This document shows positions 27,618 through 35,932 of a stretch of DNA of 64,000 nucleotides, one piece after another. Source of the DNA: an uncultured Cellvibrionaceae bacterium (GTDB taxonomy: Bacteria; Pseudomonadota; Gammaproteobacteria; Pseudomonadales; Cellvibrionaceae); assembly GCA_964542655.1 (NCBI GenBank), contig CAZIWB010000010.1:137533-201532 (forward strand), read 5' to 3'. How positions within the stretch are numbered: the first letter of the stretch is position 1; the number at the start of each line of letters is the position of its first letter. Under the pieces are notes generated by a model. That model made no database searches and was not told the origin of the DNA. It was given only the letters and a program-made list of their open reading frames with translations. A program made the translations under genes and the position numbers.

Positions 27618-28175
27618 TTATCCTATCTTCTTAAGTCCCGGTTCAATGAAAAGCAATTCTGTATTTTTCTTTTCCACAGAATTATCCCATATGATCCATG
27701 AATATGATGTGGTTCCACCACCCTTAACAGGGCTACCGGCTGGATACATAGAAAGTCTTTCAGAAAACACATACACCTTACTAGGTGGATTTTCTGCATA
27801 GAACCTATGATATCTCTTTTGTGATTCTAGAAAGGCTGTTCTAACCAGAATTGCTACCTTATGAGTAGCAAGGGAAAGTGCATGTTCTAGAATATCTTCT
27901 GCAATATTGTAAGGTGGATTTGTGATGATATTATTGAAATTTTCTTTCACATCAAAAAAATCTTTGACTTCACCATATCCACGATCATATAGATCAGAAG
28001 AAAATACTTCACAACCAGTTTGTTTCAAAACCTCTGACATCGATCCATCACCGCAACAAGGCTCTAGGATGGTTCCTGAAAAGGTTTCATACTTAATTAG
28101 GGCTTTGGTGCCCCATGCTGGCGTTGGATAGAAATCCGCCCCCTCATTATTTACTAAACGTCTATTACTTACCAT
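27618..28175 (-). CDS. DNA N6-adenine methyltransferase
   Basis: ADFYPTP, SAM-binding motif I LEPCCGDGS and catalytic motif IV NPPY. Confidence 0.65.
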   Translation of the reverse strand: MVSNRRLVNNEGADFYPTPAWGTKALIKYETFSGTILEPCCGDGSMSEVLKQTGCEVFSSDLYDRGYGEVKDFFDVKENFNNIITNPPYNIAEDILEHALSLATHKVAILVRTAFLESQKRYHRFYAENPPSKVYVFSERLSMYPAGSPVKGGGTTSYSWIIWDNSVEKKNTELLFIEPGLKKIG

Positions 28176-28307
28176 TGTATCCCTTGTAAGTAGGCATTTC
28201 GCGATGACACCGCAACGCTTTCCTTCTATCAGTGCTATAGTAACAGAAGGCGAATGATTTGTTCACAACAGCGCCTACAACTGCCCATTGTCATTCCCAA
28301 TTTAATG

Positions 28308-28383
28308 TGGCGACCGTGAAGGGACTCGAACCCTCCTAAACCTGTTAGACAGACAGGCGTCTTCACCCGATGACTACACGGCC
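28308..28383 (-). tRNA. tRNA, probable Asp (GTC); U37 atypical
   Basis: Acceptor GGCCGTG/CACGGTC, anticodon arm CCTGT-CTGTCTA-ACAGG, T-arm GAGGGTTCGAGTCCCTT. Confidence 0.55.
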
Positions 28384-28418
28384 ATTTAAACTTTAATATC
28401 CTTAACCTTCGTATGGGA

Positions 28419-28488
28419 TTCGAACCCATGTCTTTCCCTGCACGAGAACATCCTATCCGTTAGAAGAACGAAGCAAAGCATATATTGT
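28419..28488 (-). tRNA. tRNA-like element / possible tRNA pseudogene (anticodon arm not resolvable)
   Basis: Perfect T-arm ATGGGTTCGAATCCCAT and 6/7 acceptor pairing, but no clean anticodon stem; no CCA encoded. Confidence 0.3.
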
Positions 28489-28832
28489 ACTGGTTAATTA
28501 CTCCTAACAATAATACACCTTGAGGATATGCTATGGGTTAATTACGTCCACAACAAAAAAATATTAATCATAAAACTTATAATCTTCTATGGGCCAATTA
28601 TAGCCATTCTTTTCTAGATATGCAACAGTTGCTCTTCTCTTCGCCTCTAGGAATTTGATTTCCCGTTCGTAAGATAGCAACTCTGCATACTTCTTAGAAA
28701 GATCATTTTGTGATAATTTCATAATAACATCCTATAAAAACTGGCCCACATTTTATACAGGGTGGGAACTGTACTTTCAGGGCTTCTCACACCCAAGAGT
28801 AAGGTTGGCAAGCAGCAGAGCCTTTTAATAAG

Positions 28833-28903
28833 TGGCGTCGTGGTAGGGCCTTGAACCCTATTATCTAGTACCTAGTTGTAGTAGGACTTGTGTGATCTAC
28901 AAC
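28833..28903 (-). tRNA. Short tRNA-like element (68 nt + CCA), degenerate
   Basis: T-arm TAGGGTTCAAGGCCCTA, acceptor GTTGTAG/CCACGAC, CCA encoded; D region about 11 nt; best anticodon loop is CTACAAC. Confidence 0.3.
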
Positions 28904-29061
28904 ATTCACACGCGAATAGCTCCCGAATAATAGCTCCCGAATAATAGCTCCACGACATAAATTCAGCGGTCTTACTGGTTCGTCACCATGCCGTGTTAAG
29001 TTTAGTAATACAGAAACATTGAATGTATGTCAACATTTATTTGCACTTTAATAGTATAAAA

Positions 29062-29147
29062 TGGTCCTAGGTGTAGGAATCGAACCTACCCGGCCTTTTA
29101 CAGCGATCCGTTATGAGCGGACGGACTCCCCAATCGTCTTACCTAGG
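29062..29147 (-). tRNA. Type II (long variable arm) tRNA with CAT anticodon, atypical
   Basis: Acceptor CCTAGGT/ACCTAGG, D stem GAC/GTC with an 9-nt loop, anticodon arm GTCCG-CTCATAA-CGGAT, 16-nt variable arm CGCTGTAAAAGGCCGG, T-arm GTAGGTTCGATTCCTAC. Confidence 0.5.
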
Positions 29148-29227
29148 ATAAAGTTGCGGGATGTGTTTCGGCTTCCTTTGCAATGAATTAATAAGGAACA
29201 CCCTTAGCAACTATATTTCAATATTTC

Positions 29228-29314
29228 TGGTAGGGATGGCGGGACTCGAACCCGCACGTCACAAAGGACAGGGGATTTTAAGTCCCCGGCGTCTGCCATT
29301 CCGCCACATCCCCA
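29228..29314 (-). tRNA. tRNA-Leu (TAA), type II
   Basis: D-arm GGCGGAATGGCAGACGCC, anticodon arm GGGGA-CTTAAAA-TCCCC, variable arm TGTCCTTTGTGACGTG, T-arm GCGGGTTCGAGTCCCGC. Confidence 0.85.
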
Positions 29315-29315
29315 C

Positions 29316-29564
29316 TTATTCACTCTCACAATCTAAACAAATCCATTCATCTGTTTCTATAGACATTTCGGAAATTTCGTACCACCAACCACAACAAGTA
29401 CACTGGAACGCAAGCGAATCTATTTCTGAACAGAAACTAATATCATTTTCTGCGTGTCCCATATCATGGTCTTCAAGCACTTCATAAAGTGACTTACAGG
29501 AACCCATCAATTCATATGCAATAAATTCAGCGGTTTGATTATATGTCATTTCTTCCAAATCCAA
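29316..29564 (-). CDS. Hypothetical Cys-rich protein
   Basis: 82 aa with FQCTCCGWWYE and ICLDCESE. Confidence 0.4.
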   Translation of the reverse strand: MDLEEMTYNQTAEFIAYELMGSCKSLYEVLEDHDMGHAENDISFCSEIDSLAFQCTCCGWWYEISEMSIETDEWICLDCESE

Positions 29565-30136
29565 GCAGAGGTTGTGTTTAAAGCAACCATGGGAGTGAAG
29601 TTGTAAATAGTAGGATGTGTTACTTCTAATGAGTCATCCTTATTTTCTAGCTTCACAAACTCACTACCAGTATCGGCTATTAGTACTGCATGGCCACCAT
29701 CAATATTCTTGCCAATAGTGACGTAGAGAGATTCAGCGGGAAATCCAGAGGAAACTAACATTTGGTACTTTACTACCACATATTCCTCACAGTCTCCATT
29801 ACCACGCACAAGCGCAGTATCCGCCGTATCCCACTTATCACCTTTAATGTCGGTACGAAACCTAATGTTTTTATTAACCCATGCGTTGATAAGTAGAAGC
29901 TTATCACGGCTATCCATCGATTTTGCCGATGATATTACATCATCCCATTTACCGCGTTCGGTAATCGGCTTTGATATAACCTCATACCATTTTTTACCCC
30001 AATAAAGAGACGGGTCTTTGAATGTTTCTATAGCTTTCTTACCATATATGTTAGGTGTTCTGGATTCCTGTGCAAAGGCATTACCTGCCAGCACCATCGA
30101 AATTGCCCCAATTGCTACTGTAATTTTTTTAAACAT
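29546..30136 (-). CDS. Secreted transglutaminase-like cysteine protease (BTLCP family), paralog 2
   Basis: Signal peptide MFKKITVAIGAISMVLAGNAFA; GNGDCEEYVVVKY; GGHAVLIADTG; paralog of 24176..24736. Confidence 0.55.
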   Translation of the reverse strand: MFKKITVAIGAISMVLAGNAFAQESRTPNIYGKKAIETFKDPSLYWGKKWYEVISKPITERGKWDDVISSAKSMDSRDKLLLINAWVNKNIRFRTDIKGDKWDTADTALVRGNGDCEEYVVVKYQMLVSSGFPAESLYVTIGKNIDGGHAVLIADTGSEFVKLENKDDSLEVTHPTIYNFTPMVALNTTSAWIWKK

Positions 30137-30463
30137 TGCGCGTCTCCTTTCTTGATATATAGATATCATCATTAAAAAGAGAAGTCAACATTTATTTTAT
30201 GAAAAAGTTGCGGGATGTGTTTCTATTTTCCAAAATGAGCGAATAAGGAACACCCTTAGCAACTATATCAAAATTCCCAATCTTTTCGATAACCATATGA
30301 AGTCTTCTTTGACTTACCAGTATCGTCAAGTTTCAAATCCTTAGTTTTATATGAAAATGTGTCATCAGAAACGCGCTGGCCATCAATATAGTAACGATGG
30401 CGATAAAGATTTCCCCATAGGGAACTTGTCATTGTCAGTTTCATAGTATACTCCTAAAAAGGA

Positions 30464-30540
30464 TGGTGCCGTTGGCAGGGATCGAACCCGCATCTCCGAG
30501 GCTTCAACTCGGCGCTAAGACCACATCAGCTACAACGGCA
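30464..30540 (-). tRNA. tRNA-Phe (GAA)
   Basis: Anticodon arm CCGAG-TTGAAGC-CTCGG, T-arm GCGGGTTCGATCCCTGC, acceptor GCCGTTG/CAACGGC. Confidence 0.75.
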
Positions 30541-30564
30541 TTTAAATTTTGGTACGGATAATGA

Positions 30565-30642
30565 TGGTAGCCACGGCGAGATTCGAACTCGCACTGTCTA
30601 GTACCTAAAACTAGTGTCTCCTGCCAATTGGACTACGTGGCC
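30565..30642 (-). tRNA. tRNA with anticodon TAG (Leu-type anticodon) on a short-variable-arm (type I) body
   Basis: Anticodon arm CTAGT-TTTAGGT-ACTAG, variable arm ACAGT only, T-arm GCGAGTTCGAATCTCGC. Confidence 0.5.
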
Positions 30643-30646
30643 ATTA

Positions 30647-31171
30647 TTACTTATTTAGTCTTGTCATCCCGCGCCAAAATCCATCTGGCGCTGGTTCATC
30701 TTTAGGTATTTTCTTGTTAACTATACCGTTAGTATAACATACTAAGTTTGATATAGCAACACTAATGTTTTTCTTATGGTCTTCTTTTTTGGGCTTACCA
30801 ATGTTTCCTTTACCACCCTTGGCGGCAACATTAGAAGCCCTAGAATTCATCTTTCTAGCACCTTCTAAACCATACTTGTTAACCATTTTATCCCATATGG
30901 ATATCTGGCTACCAACACTTGCAGCATCGGCATAATTTTCTTTAGGCGTCCCCCAATATAAATGTTTTGTGTTTGAACACAACTCATTATGACATGCATG
31001 ACAAACATGTATTTTCTTGCCGGATGGTATTGTTGTTTTTAAATGATGTGCCAAAAGACCTTTTAGGTACATGGATTGGCCACCTATATTAATACAATCT
31101 TCAGATAAATCCAAATGAGACTGTCTGTTTTCTTTATCTAATTTTATATAATCTTCTATATCTATGAACAT
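30647..31171 (-). CDS. HNH endonuclease
   Basis: IHVCHACHNELCSNTKHLYWGTPKEN is a classic HNH motif. Confidence 0.55.
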   Translation of the reverse strand: MFIDIEDYIKLDKENRQSHLDLSEDCINIGGQSMYLKGLLAHHLKTTIPSGKKIHVCHACHNELCSNTKHLYWGTPKENYADAASVGSQISIWDKMVNKYGLEGARKMNSRASNVAAKGGKGNIGKPKKEDHKKNISVAISNLVCYTNGIVNKKIPKDEPAPDGFWRGMTRLNK

Positions 31172-31650
31172 AGAAGTATTTAGTAAACTCGTATTTTAGA
31201 AAACCAGCGTGTCTGCCATTCCACCACACCCGCACTATACTTGTATTTAGTCATTGATGCATCAGGATTCTAACCTGCTTTTGGAAGCCCATTTGTTTTA
31301 TGTTGGATTCGAACCAACCACCTAGACCGTATACAGTCTTGCCACATGCACATCAACATTTCTTATCTGTGGAGAGTATTTTAAAGCATATAATAAGGAA
31401 CTCTCTTAACAGATTTAATCAAATTGTGTTTCGTCAATCCATGCTATTGCTAAAGAGATTTCTTCAAAATTCTCCGCAATCGGATCATATTCACCATGTT
31501 CAAACACATCGTAACGATCATCACTTTGAAGGATGATAACATATCCGCGATGATATTTTTGTTTGGTCCGTGCCATGATTAAATCTCCTGTCTCGTTGAA
31601 TTAACTTGTACAGAAGTAATAAAATCATGTCAACTACTATTTTAATTCTC

Positions 31651-31718
31651 GCGACGGCGGGGATCGAACCCGCGATTGCGGCACCACAAGCCGCCGTGTT
31701 ACCTCTACACTACGCCGT
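31651..31718 (-). tRNA. tRNA, probable His (GTG); acceptor top imperfect, CCA not encoded
   Basis: D stem GTGT/ACAC, anticodon arm GCGGC-TTGTGGT-GCCGC, T-arm GCGGGTTCGATCCCCGC. Confidence 0.55.
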
Positions 31719-31726
31719 CATAATAA

Positions 31727-31802
31727 CTGGTGCTTCATGTAGGTACCGCCCCTACCGCCTTTCGCTTATCAGGCGAATGCTCTACTTCTGAGCTAATGAA
31801 GC
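31727..31802 (-). tRNA. tRNA-Ile (GAT) with an aberrant T-loop (GGCGGTA in place of TTCRANY)
   Basis: Perfect acceptor GCTTCAT/ATGAAGC, D-arm GCTCAGAAGTAGAGC, anticodon arm TTCGC-CTGATAA-GCGAA, CCA encoded; the T-stem is GTAGG/CCTAC but the loop is GGCGGTA. Confidence 0.55.
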
Positions 31803-31805
31803 ATT

Positions 31806-32300
31806 TTAATGGTTTAGCCAGCGGGATTTGAACCCGCGCCTTCCTCTCAACGAGGCTGTCCTATCTAATATATTATCCTTAACGTCATTCTGTGTGGCCA
31901 CACAGAATTAATCTTAGTAATATATTCCACCTTAATCGGGGCGCGAATCCTTCATGAAGATGACAGGAGACATCCGTTAGACGATGGCTAAAGATTGGCC
32001 GATAGAGAAGGATTTGAACCCCCGAATATCATAGTGCCCCTTTGTAATCCGTTTGCGCAATTAAATTACATACTCACACTACTATCCACCACAGCCCTTC
32101 GGTACTTCTTCGGATTTCCCTACTTTTCTGCATTACGTGGAATCTATCGTAACTTTATATCTTAATAATATTGGCTTTATGTATTTCTGGTGCCAGAGAA
32201 AGGGATTGAACCTTAGATTTTATATCTGCCTTTGATCTAGAATAGAACAAGATACTTTATCTGCCGGGGTGGTTAGTAGTGCCCGTTTATTACAGTCTGA
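31806..32300 (-). other. ORF-poor region with at least three further tRNA-like T-arm/acceptor signatures that do not fold into complete tRNAs
   Basis: GCGGGTTCAAATCCCGC with CCA at 31810-31842; GGGGGTTCAAATCCTTC with CCA at 31976-32000; TAAGGTTCAATCCCTTT with CCA at 32190-32215. The 5' halves are missing or diverged. Confidence 0.3.
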
Positions 32301-32315
32301 CATAATAAGAAGTTA

Positions 32316-32394
32316 TGGCCTCGCAGGAGGGATTCGAACCCCCATCGATCCAATTACGGTGCTACGGTTTAGAAGACCGTTCCGATACTGCGAG
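32316..32394 (-). tRNA. Atypical tRNA-like gene: canonical TCT (Arg) anticodon arm, but the D-arm position is nearly empty and a D-loop-like 20-nt segment sits between the anticodon and T arms
   Basis: RNA: CTCGCAG-TA-TCGGA-ACGGT-CTTCTAA-ACCGT-AGCACCGTAATTGGATCGAT-GGGGGTTCGAATCCCTC-CTGCGAG-G-CCA. Confidence 0.4.
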
Positions 32395-32531
32395 AACATA
32401 ACCACTCATAAAAATTGTGCGACCCTTGGGCTTCTTACCCCATCATACACTAGGCGGCTCGCAGCGACTCCTAGGCTTAGTTTCTCCTATGACACTGTGC
32501 TATGCAACGAGGGTTTCCATCGCTACACATA

Positions 32532-32608
32532 GGATTTAAATTGGCTGGCCAAGTAGGATTCGAACCTACCATAAGAAGATTAACAGTCTTCCGCGTCCAC
32601 CTAGTTCG
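32532..32608 (-). tRNA. tRNA-Asn (GTT), second copy
   Basis: Perfect acceptor TGGCCAA/TTGGCCA, anticodon arm GAAGA-CTGTTAA-TCTTC, T-arm GTAGGTTCGAATCCTAC. Confidence 0.7.
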
Positions 32609-32625
32609 CCTTTGGCCAATATAAC

Positions 32626-32770
32626 TCAAAAAGGTGTGGAATGGATTTGAACCATTCTATTCCGCTACGACAGGGGGGAGGTAGTACAAAGCGGTCAACA
32701 CAACCGGCCAGTAGCGCCTAGCCCTTGCATCACACAGTTCCGTACTCTACAACATCGCCTAACCCCTGTC
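32626..32770 (-). other. Unresolved 145-nt tRNA-like/structured RNA segment between tRNA-Asn and tRNA-Tyr
   Basis: T-arm-like GAATGGTTCAAATCCATTC at its 3' end, but no matching 5' acceptor was found. Confidence 0.25.
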
Positions 32771-32771
32771 A

Positions 32772-32858
32772 AGCACTAAATTGGTGGGCCTAGATGGATT
32801 CGAACCAACTCACCGGTTAAGGAACAGATTTACAGTCTGCCGCGTCTCTCCTACTTCG
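32772..32858 (-). tRNA. tRNA-Tyr (GTA), type II
   Basis: Acceptor GGGCTTA/TAGGCCC, anticodon arm GCAGA-CTGTAAA-TCTGT, 14-nt variable arm, T-arm GTTGGTTCGAATCCATC. Confidence 0.8.
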
Positions 32859-33026
32859 CCGTAAGCCCTCTATCTTTCATAACTTTAACTCGGTTCTTAT
32901 ACACGAAGATTATCTTATGTGCAAGATAAAATCTGCGCATTCCTACCTTAAAATCAGAAAGATTTATGTCATCAAAATTCTTTAATCTGCCACTAGAATT
33001 CAAGTTATGACTTCTAAGAACGATCT

Positions 33027-33326
33027 TCATAACTCACCACATATCCTTAGACATTCCGTATAATAATTAGCATAACTTTCTGGAATGTATTCTTTAACAT
33101 CCAGAGGCTTGTTGATTATTCTTCGGAATGTTGACCCGTCTTTCCATGTTTCCTCTGGACCATAATCATATGACCATCTCCAAGGCCCTATCCACATATT
33201 TAAGTCTACATTGAAAACCAATGCTTTGTAAAGCAATTTATCCTCAACTGGATTAAAATATCTTGTGTAATAGTACCCTGTTTTATGTGGCACATTTTCT
33301 GGATACGGTATCATCATAATCTCCAA
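33027..33326 (-). CDS. Hypothetical protein
   Basis: 99 aa Trp/Tyr-rich ORF embedded in the tRNA cluster. Confidence 0.4.
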   Translation of the reverse strand: MEIMMIPYPENVPHKTGYYYTRYFNPVEDKLLYKALVFNVDLNMWIGPWRWSYDYGPEETWKDGSTFRRIINKPLDVKEYIPESYANYYTECLRICGEL

Positions 33327-33328
33327 AA

Positions 33329-33404
33329 ATGGTCAGGGTGGCCGGGATCGAACCGACTGTCTCTTGGTCCCAAACCAAGCGGATCACCAATTTTCCTTCA
33401 CCCT
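33329..33404 (-). tRNA. tRNA-Pro (TGG)
   Basis: Perfect acceptor CAGGGTG/CACCCTG, anticodon arm CTTGG-TTTGGGA-CCAAG, T-arm GTCGGTTCGATCCCGGC. Confidence 0.85.
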
Positions 33405-33414
33405 GATAATCAAA

Positions 33415-33506
33415 ATGGCACCCCGGATAGGATTCGAACCTACATTATCCTTGCGGACATTTCCAGTTACCTTACTCAACGTTCGTAGCGCTGGTGGATA
33501 CCGGGG
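33415..33506 (-). tRNA. Atypical long tRNA-like gene: ACG (Arg) anticodon arm, minimal D region and a 34-nt segment before the T-arm
   Basis: RNA: GCCCCGG-TA-TCCAC-CAGCG-CTACGAA-CGTTG-AGTAAGGTAACTGGAAATGTCCGCAAGGATAATG-TAGGTTCGAATCCTA-TCCGGGGT-G-CCA. Confidence 0.35.
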
Positions 33507-33534
33507 CATTATATGTGTATTTATACAATTAAAT

Positions 33535-33619
33535 CTGGTCCCCCGAACGGGAATCGAACCCGCTTGCTTATTAAAAGCCCGACTTGAAAGGACGGTCACC
33601 TGCCATTAGTGGTCCGGGG
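33535..33619 (-). tRNA. Type II tRNA with TTC (Glu-type) anticodon, atypical
   Basis: Acceptor CCCCCGG/TCGGGGG, D stem CAC/GTG, anticodon arm CCGTC-CTTTCAA-GTCGG, 15-nt variable hairpin GCTTTTAATAAGCAA, T-arm GCGGGTTCGATTCCCGT. Confidence 0.45.
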
Positions 33620-33631
33620 GATATGTGAAAT

Positions 33632-33722
33632 TGGCGGAAGCGGTGGGATTCGAACCCACGGACAGGTTTCCCCGTCGCTGGTTTTCAAGACCAGTTCCTT
33701 AAACCACTCGGACACGCTTCCA
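33632..33722 (-). tRNA. tRNA-Ser (TGA), type II
   Basis: Perfect acceptor GGAAGCG/CGCTTCC, anticodon arm CTGGT-CTTGAAA-ACCAG, long variable arm, T-arm GTGGGTTCGAATCCCAC. Confidence 0.85.
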
Positions 33723-34143
33723 CTATTCAACAATACTTAGAAAAGCTTACCCGTACCGTGCACTCGCACGATTTCTATAAGGGGAGTCATCCCTAAAGCG
33801 AACGTTTTGTAAGGTGACTAGCCTCATTTGTCGTTCCATTGGAGGATAAGCTTATCTAAATATTGACAAGCCACGTGTTTCAAGATACCGGGCGAACTAA
33901 AGCCTAACACTTAGTTCCTTTCGCTGACAATGCTTATACTTTATTGTATAAAGCCTGTCAAGACCTAATTTATTCTAACCTACGATGTCAAAGAGCATCT
34001 TATTTATCTTTTTATATCACTATAAATTGAGAAAAACAAGATTTATTTGCGGGAATCTGAGAATAATTTATTCCTTTTCGCCGCGTTGTTGAAGCACTTA
34101 TAGGCGCATCGTCCAACCCTGTCAACATATAAATACACATAAT

Positions 34144-34995
34144 ATGAAAAAATTCAGAGATTTTCTAGAGAACCCAAACCCTCCGGTTATTATCTATGCG
34201 TTGCCTACGCATGGGGCGCATTCTGTTGCGCCTACATCTAACCCATTAGATGAAGCTAAGTTTAGCAGCAAAGAAGAATACCATAGAGAAAACGATAATT
34301 CTCACATTGGCAGCCATGATGAAGTTGACAACCATGTTAGCGAAGGTGCTGATAAACATATCGGCAAACTTAAATATGAACAAAAAACTGCCGTCAATGC
34401 ATATTCTACATCATCTTATCATCTTAACCACCATCTCATATCTAAACACACAGGAAAGGAAGATACTGCTAATAAATACTTCGGCAAGGAACACCATGAG
34501 AGATTAGAGGGAATCGACCATCATCTATCTAATGCCATAAAGTCATCCAAACTTAAAAAGGACATGCACTTATATCATGGCACCACGGGTTTCAATCCGG
34601 GTAAAGAGGCCGCTAAACACCCTGAAGGCCATATCAAGCTACCTGCATATACATCCACTACACATGACAAAGTTATAGCTACAGATTTCAGCAATCCAAC
34701 AAAAGTGAAAAGTATGGATAGAGAATCACACATCATAAAAATACATGCGAAGAAAGGCACACACGCATTACACGTTGCCCATCATTCTCGCTTTGAACAT
34801 GAGAAAGAAACCATTATACATAAAAATGCTGTTCTGAAAATTCACAAGAAACCAGATGTCATTGAACATACAATGAAAGAAAGGGATTCTTTGGACAATC
34901 TAACTGGCAAAACCTTTAAAAGAAGAACCTATGTTTGGCACGCACATGTTGTAGATGACGGTACCACTGACAACAAGAAAGAGAAAAAGAAATGA
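34144..34995 (+). CDS. His-rich protein with a T4-type capsid-targeting N-terminus and an ADP-ribosyltransferase-like motif triad (H-G-T / S-T-T / E-x-E)
   Basis: N-terminus MKKFRDFLE (compare T4 MKTYQEFIAE). LYHGTTGF, then AYTSTTHDK about 27 aa later, then EHEKETII about 40 aa after that, which is R/H-S-E ART spacing. A late-promoter-like TATAAATA sits at 34131-34138. Confidence 0.5.
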   Translation: MKKFRDFLENPNPPVIIYALPTHGAHSVAPTSNPLDEAKFSSKEEYHRENDNSHIGSHDEVDNHVSEGADKHIGKLKYEQKTAVNAYSTSSYHLNHHLISKHTGKEDTANKYFGKEHHERLEGIDHHLSNAIKSSKLKKDMHLYHGTTGFNPGKEAAKHPEGHIKLPAYTSTTHDKVIATDFSNPTKVKSMDRESHIIKIHAKKGTHALHVAHHSRFEHEKETIIHKNAVLKIHKKPDVIEHTMKERDSLDNLTGKTFKRRTYVWHAHVVDDGTTDNKKEKKK

Positions 34996-35900
34996 TCAAA
35001 AAATTCAGAGATTTTATTAAACCAGTTCCACCGATTGTCATCACCGCTGTTCCTGTGCATGGTTCACACGCACAAGAGATTGTTAAGCCACCTGTCAAGC
35101 CTACGGTGATCACTGCCGATCCTACACATGGTAAGCATTCAGAACCTAAAGATGTCAATGAAGAAAAATTTGTTAAAGACAAATATATGCTTCATCACGA
35201 AAATGGGCATATTGGTGATGAAGAAACTACACACAAACACGTAGAAGACGAGGCAGATAAGCATATTAATGCGCTTACACAAAAACAGAAAGATGCCGTT
35301 AAATCTTATACTGGACATTCTAGAGATTTAAATCATAATCTTATTGAGAAAGCAAAGGGTAACCATCACTATCTTGATGACGAAACCAATTTCACAAAGC
35401 ACGGCGCAGCTAGAATTAGAGAGACAGAAAAACATCTTGCTAAAGCCATGAAGAAATCCAGAATCAAAAAGGATATTGTTCTATATCACGGCACCAAGGG
35501 GTACAATCCGGGTAAGGAAGCAGCAAAACACCCAGAAGGGCATATCAGACTTCCTTCTTATACGTCTACATCACATCATAAGAAAAATGCATTTAATTTT
35601 GCCGATCCAAGGGCTAGCAAGAAACAATCAAGAGAAACACACATATTAAGGATTCATGCTAAAGCTGGTACACATGCCATCCACGTTTCGCAACACTCGG
35701 AATTTCCCGAAGAAAGAGAAACAATATTACACAAAAATACTGTTTTAAAAATTCACAAGAAACCAGATGTCATTGAACACGAACACGAAGTATATAAACC
35801 CGGACAATGGGATAAGGAAAAGATCAAGAGAAGAACCTACGTTTGGCACGCACATGTGGTAAGCCAGCACCACGATGATGACGATAAATCTGACAAGTAA
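34992..35900 (+). CDS. Paralog of 34144..34995: His-rich, capsid-targeting-like N-terminus, ART-like motifs
   Basis: MIKKFRDFIK; LYHGTKGY, SYTSTSHHK, PEERETIL; many blocks shared with the upstream paralog (HIxxIHAKxGTHAxHV, KIHKKPDVIEH, KRRTYVWHAHVV). Confidence 0.5.
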   Translation: MIKKFRDFIKPVPPIVITAVPVHGSHAQEIVKPPVKPTVITADPTHGKHSEPKDVNEEKFVKDKYMLHHENGHIGDEETTHKHVEDEADKHINALTQKQKDAVKSYTGHSRDLNHNLIEKAKGNHHYLDDETNFTKHGAARIRETEKHLAKAMKKSRIKKDIVLYHGTKGYNPGKEAAKHPEGHIRLPSYTSTSHHKKNAFNFADPRASKKQSRETHILRIHAKAGTHAIHVSQHSEFPEERETILHKNTVLKIHKKPDVIEHEHEVYKPGQWDKEKIKRRTYVWHAHVVSQHHDDDDKSDK

Positions 35901-35904
35901 TTTA

Positions 35905-35932
35905 TAAGGGGGCTTTCGCCCCCTTATTTTTA
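35905..35932. terminator. Rho-independent terminator hairpin (bidirectional context)
   Basis: TAAGGGGGC-TTTC-GCCCCCTTATTTTTAA, between convergent genes. Confidence 0.6.

Noticed and set aside
28235-28429. 64 aa minus-strand ORF
   Set aside because: It overlaps the tRNA (28308..28383) and the adjacent tRNA-like element; no coding support.
31262-31340. Two adjacent T-arm-like motifs (CAGGATTCTAACCTG and TTGGATTCGAACCAA) suggesting further tRNAs
   Set aside because: No complementary acceptor strands or anticodon arms could be found. They are likely tRNA remnants, treated as part of the tRNA-fragment observation rather than as genes.
33285-33609. Three small ORFs (33285..33488 +, 33364..33609 +, 33384..33599 -) inside the tRNA cluster
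   Set aside because: They cover tRNA-Pro and the atypical tRNA-like genes on either strand; artefacts of ORF calling in RNA genes.
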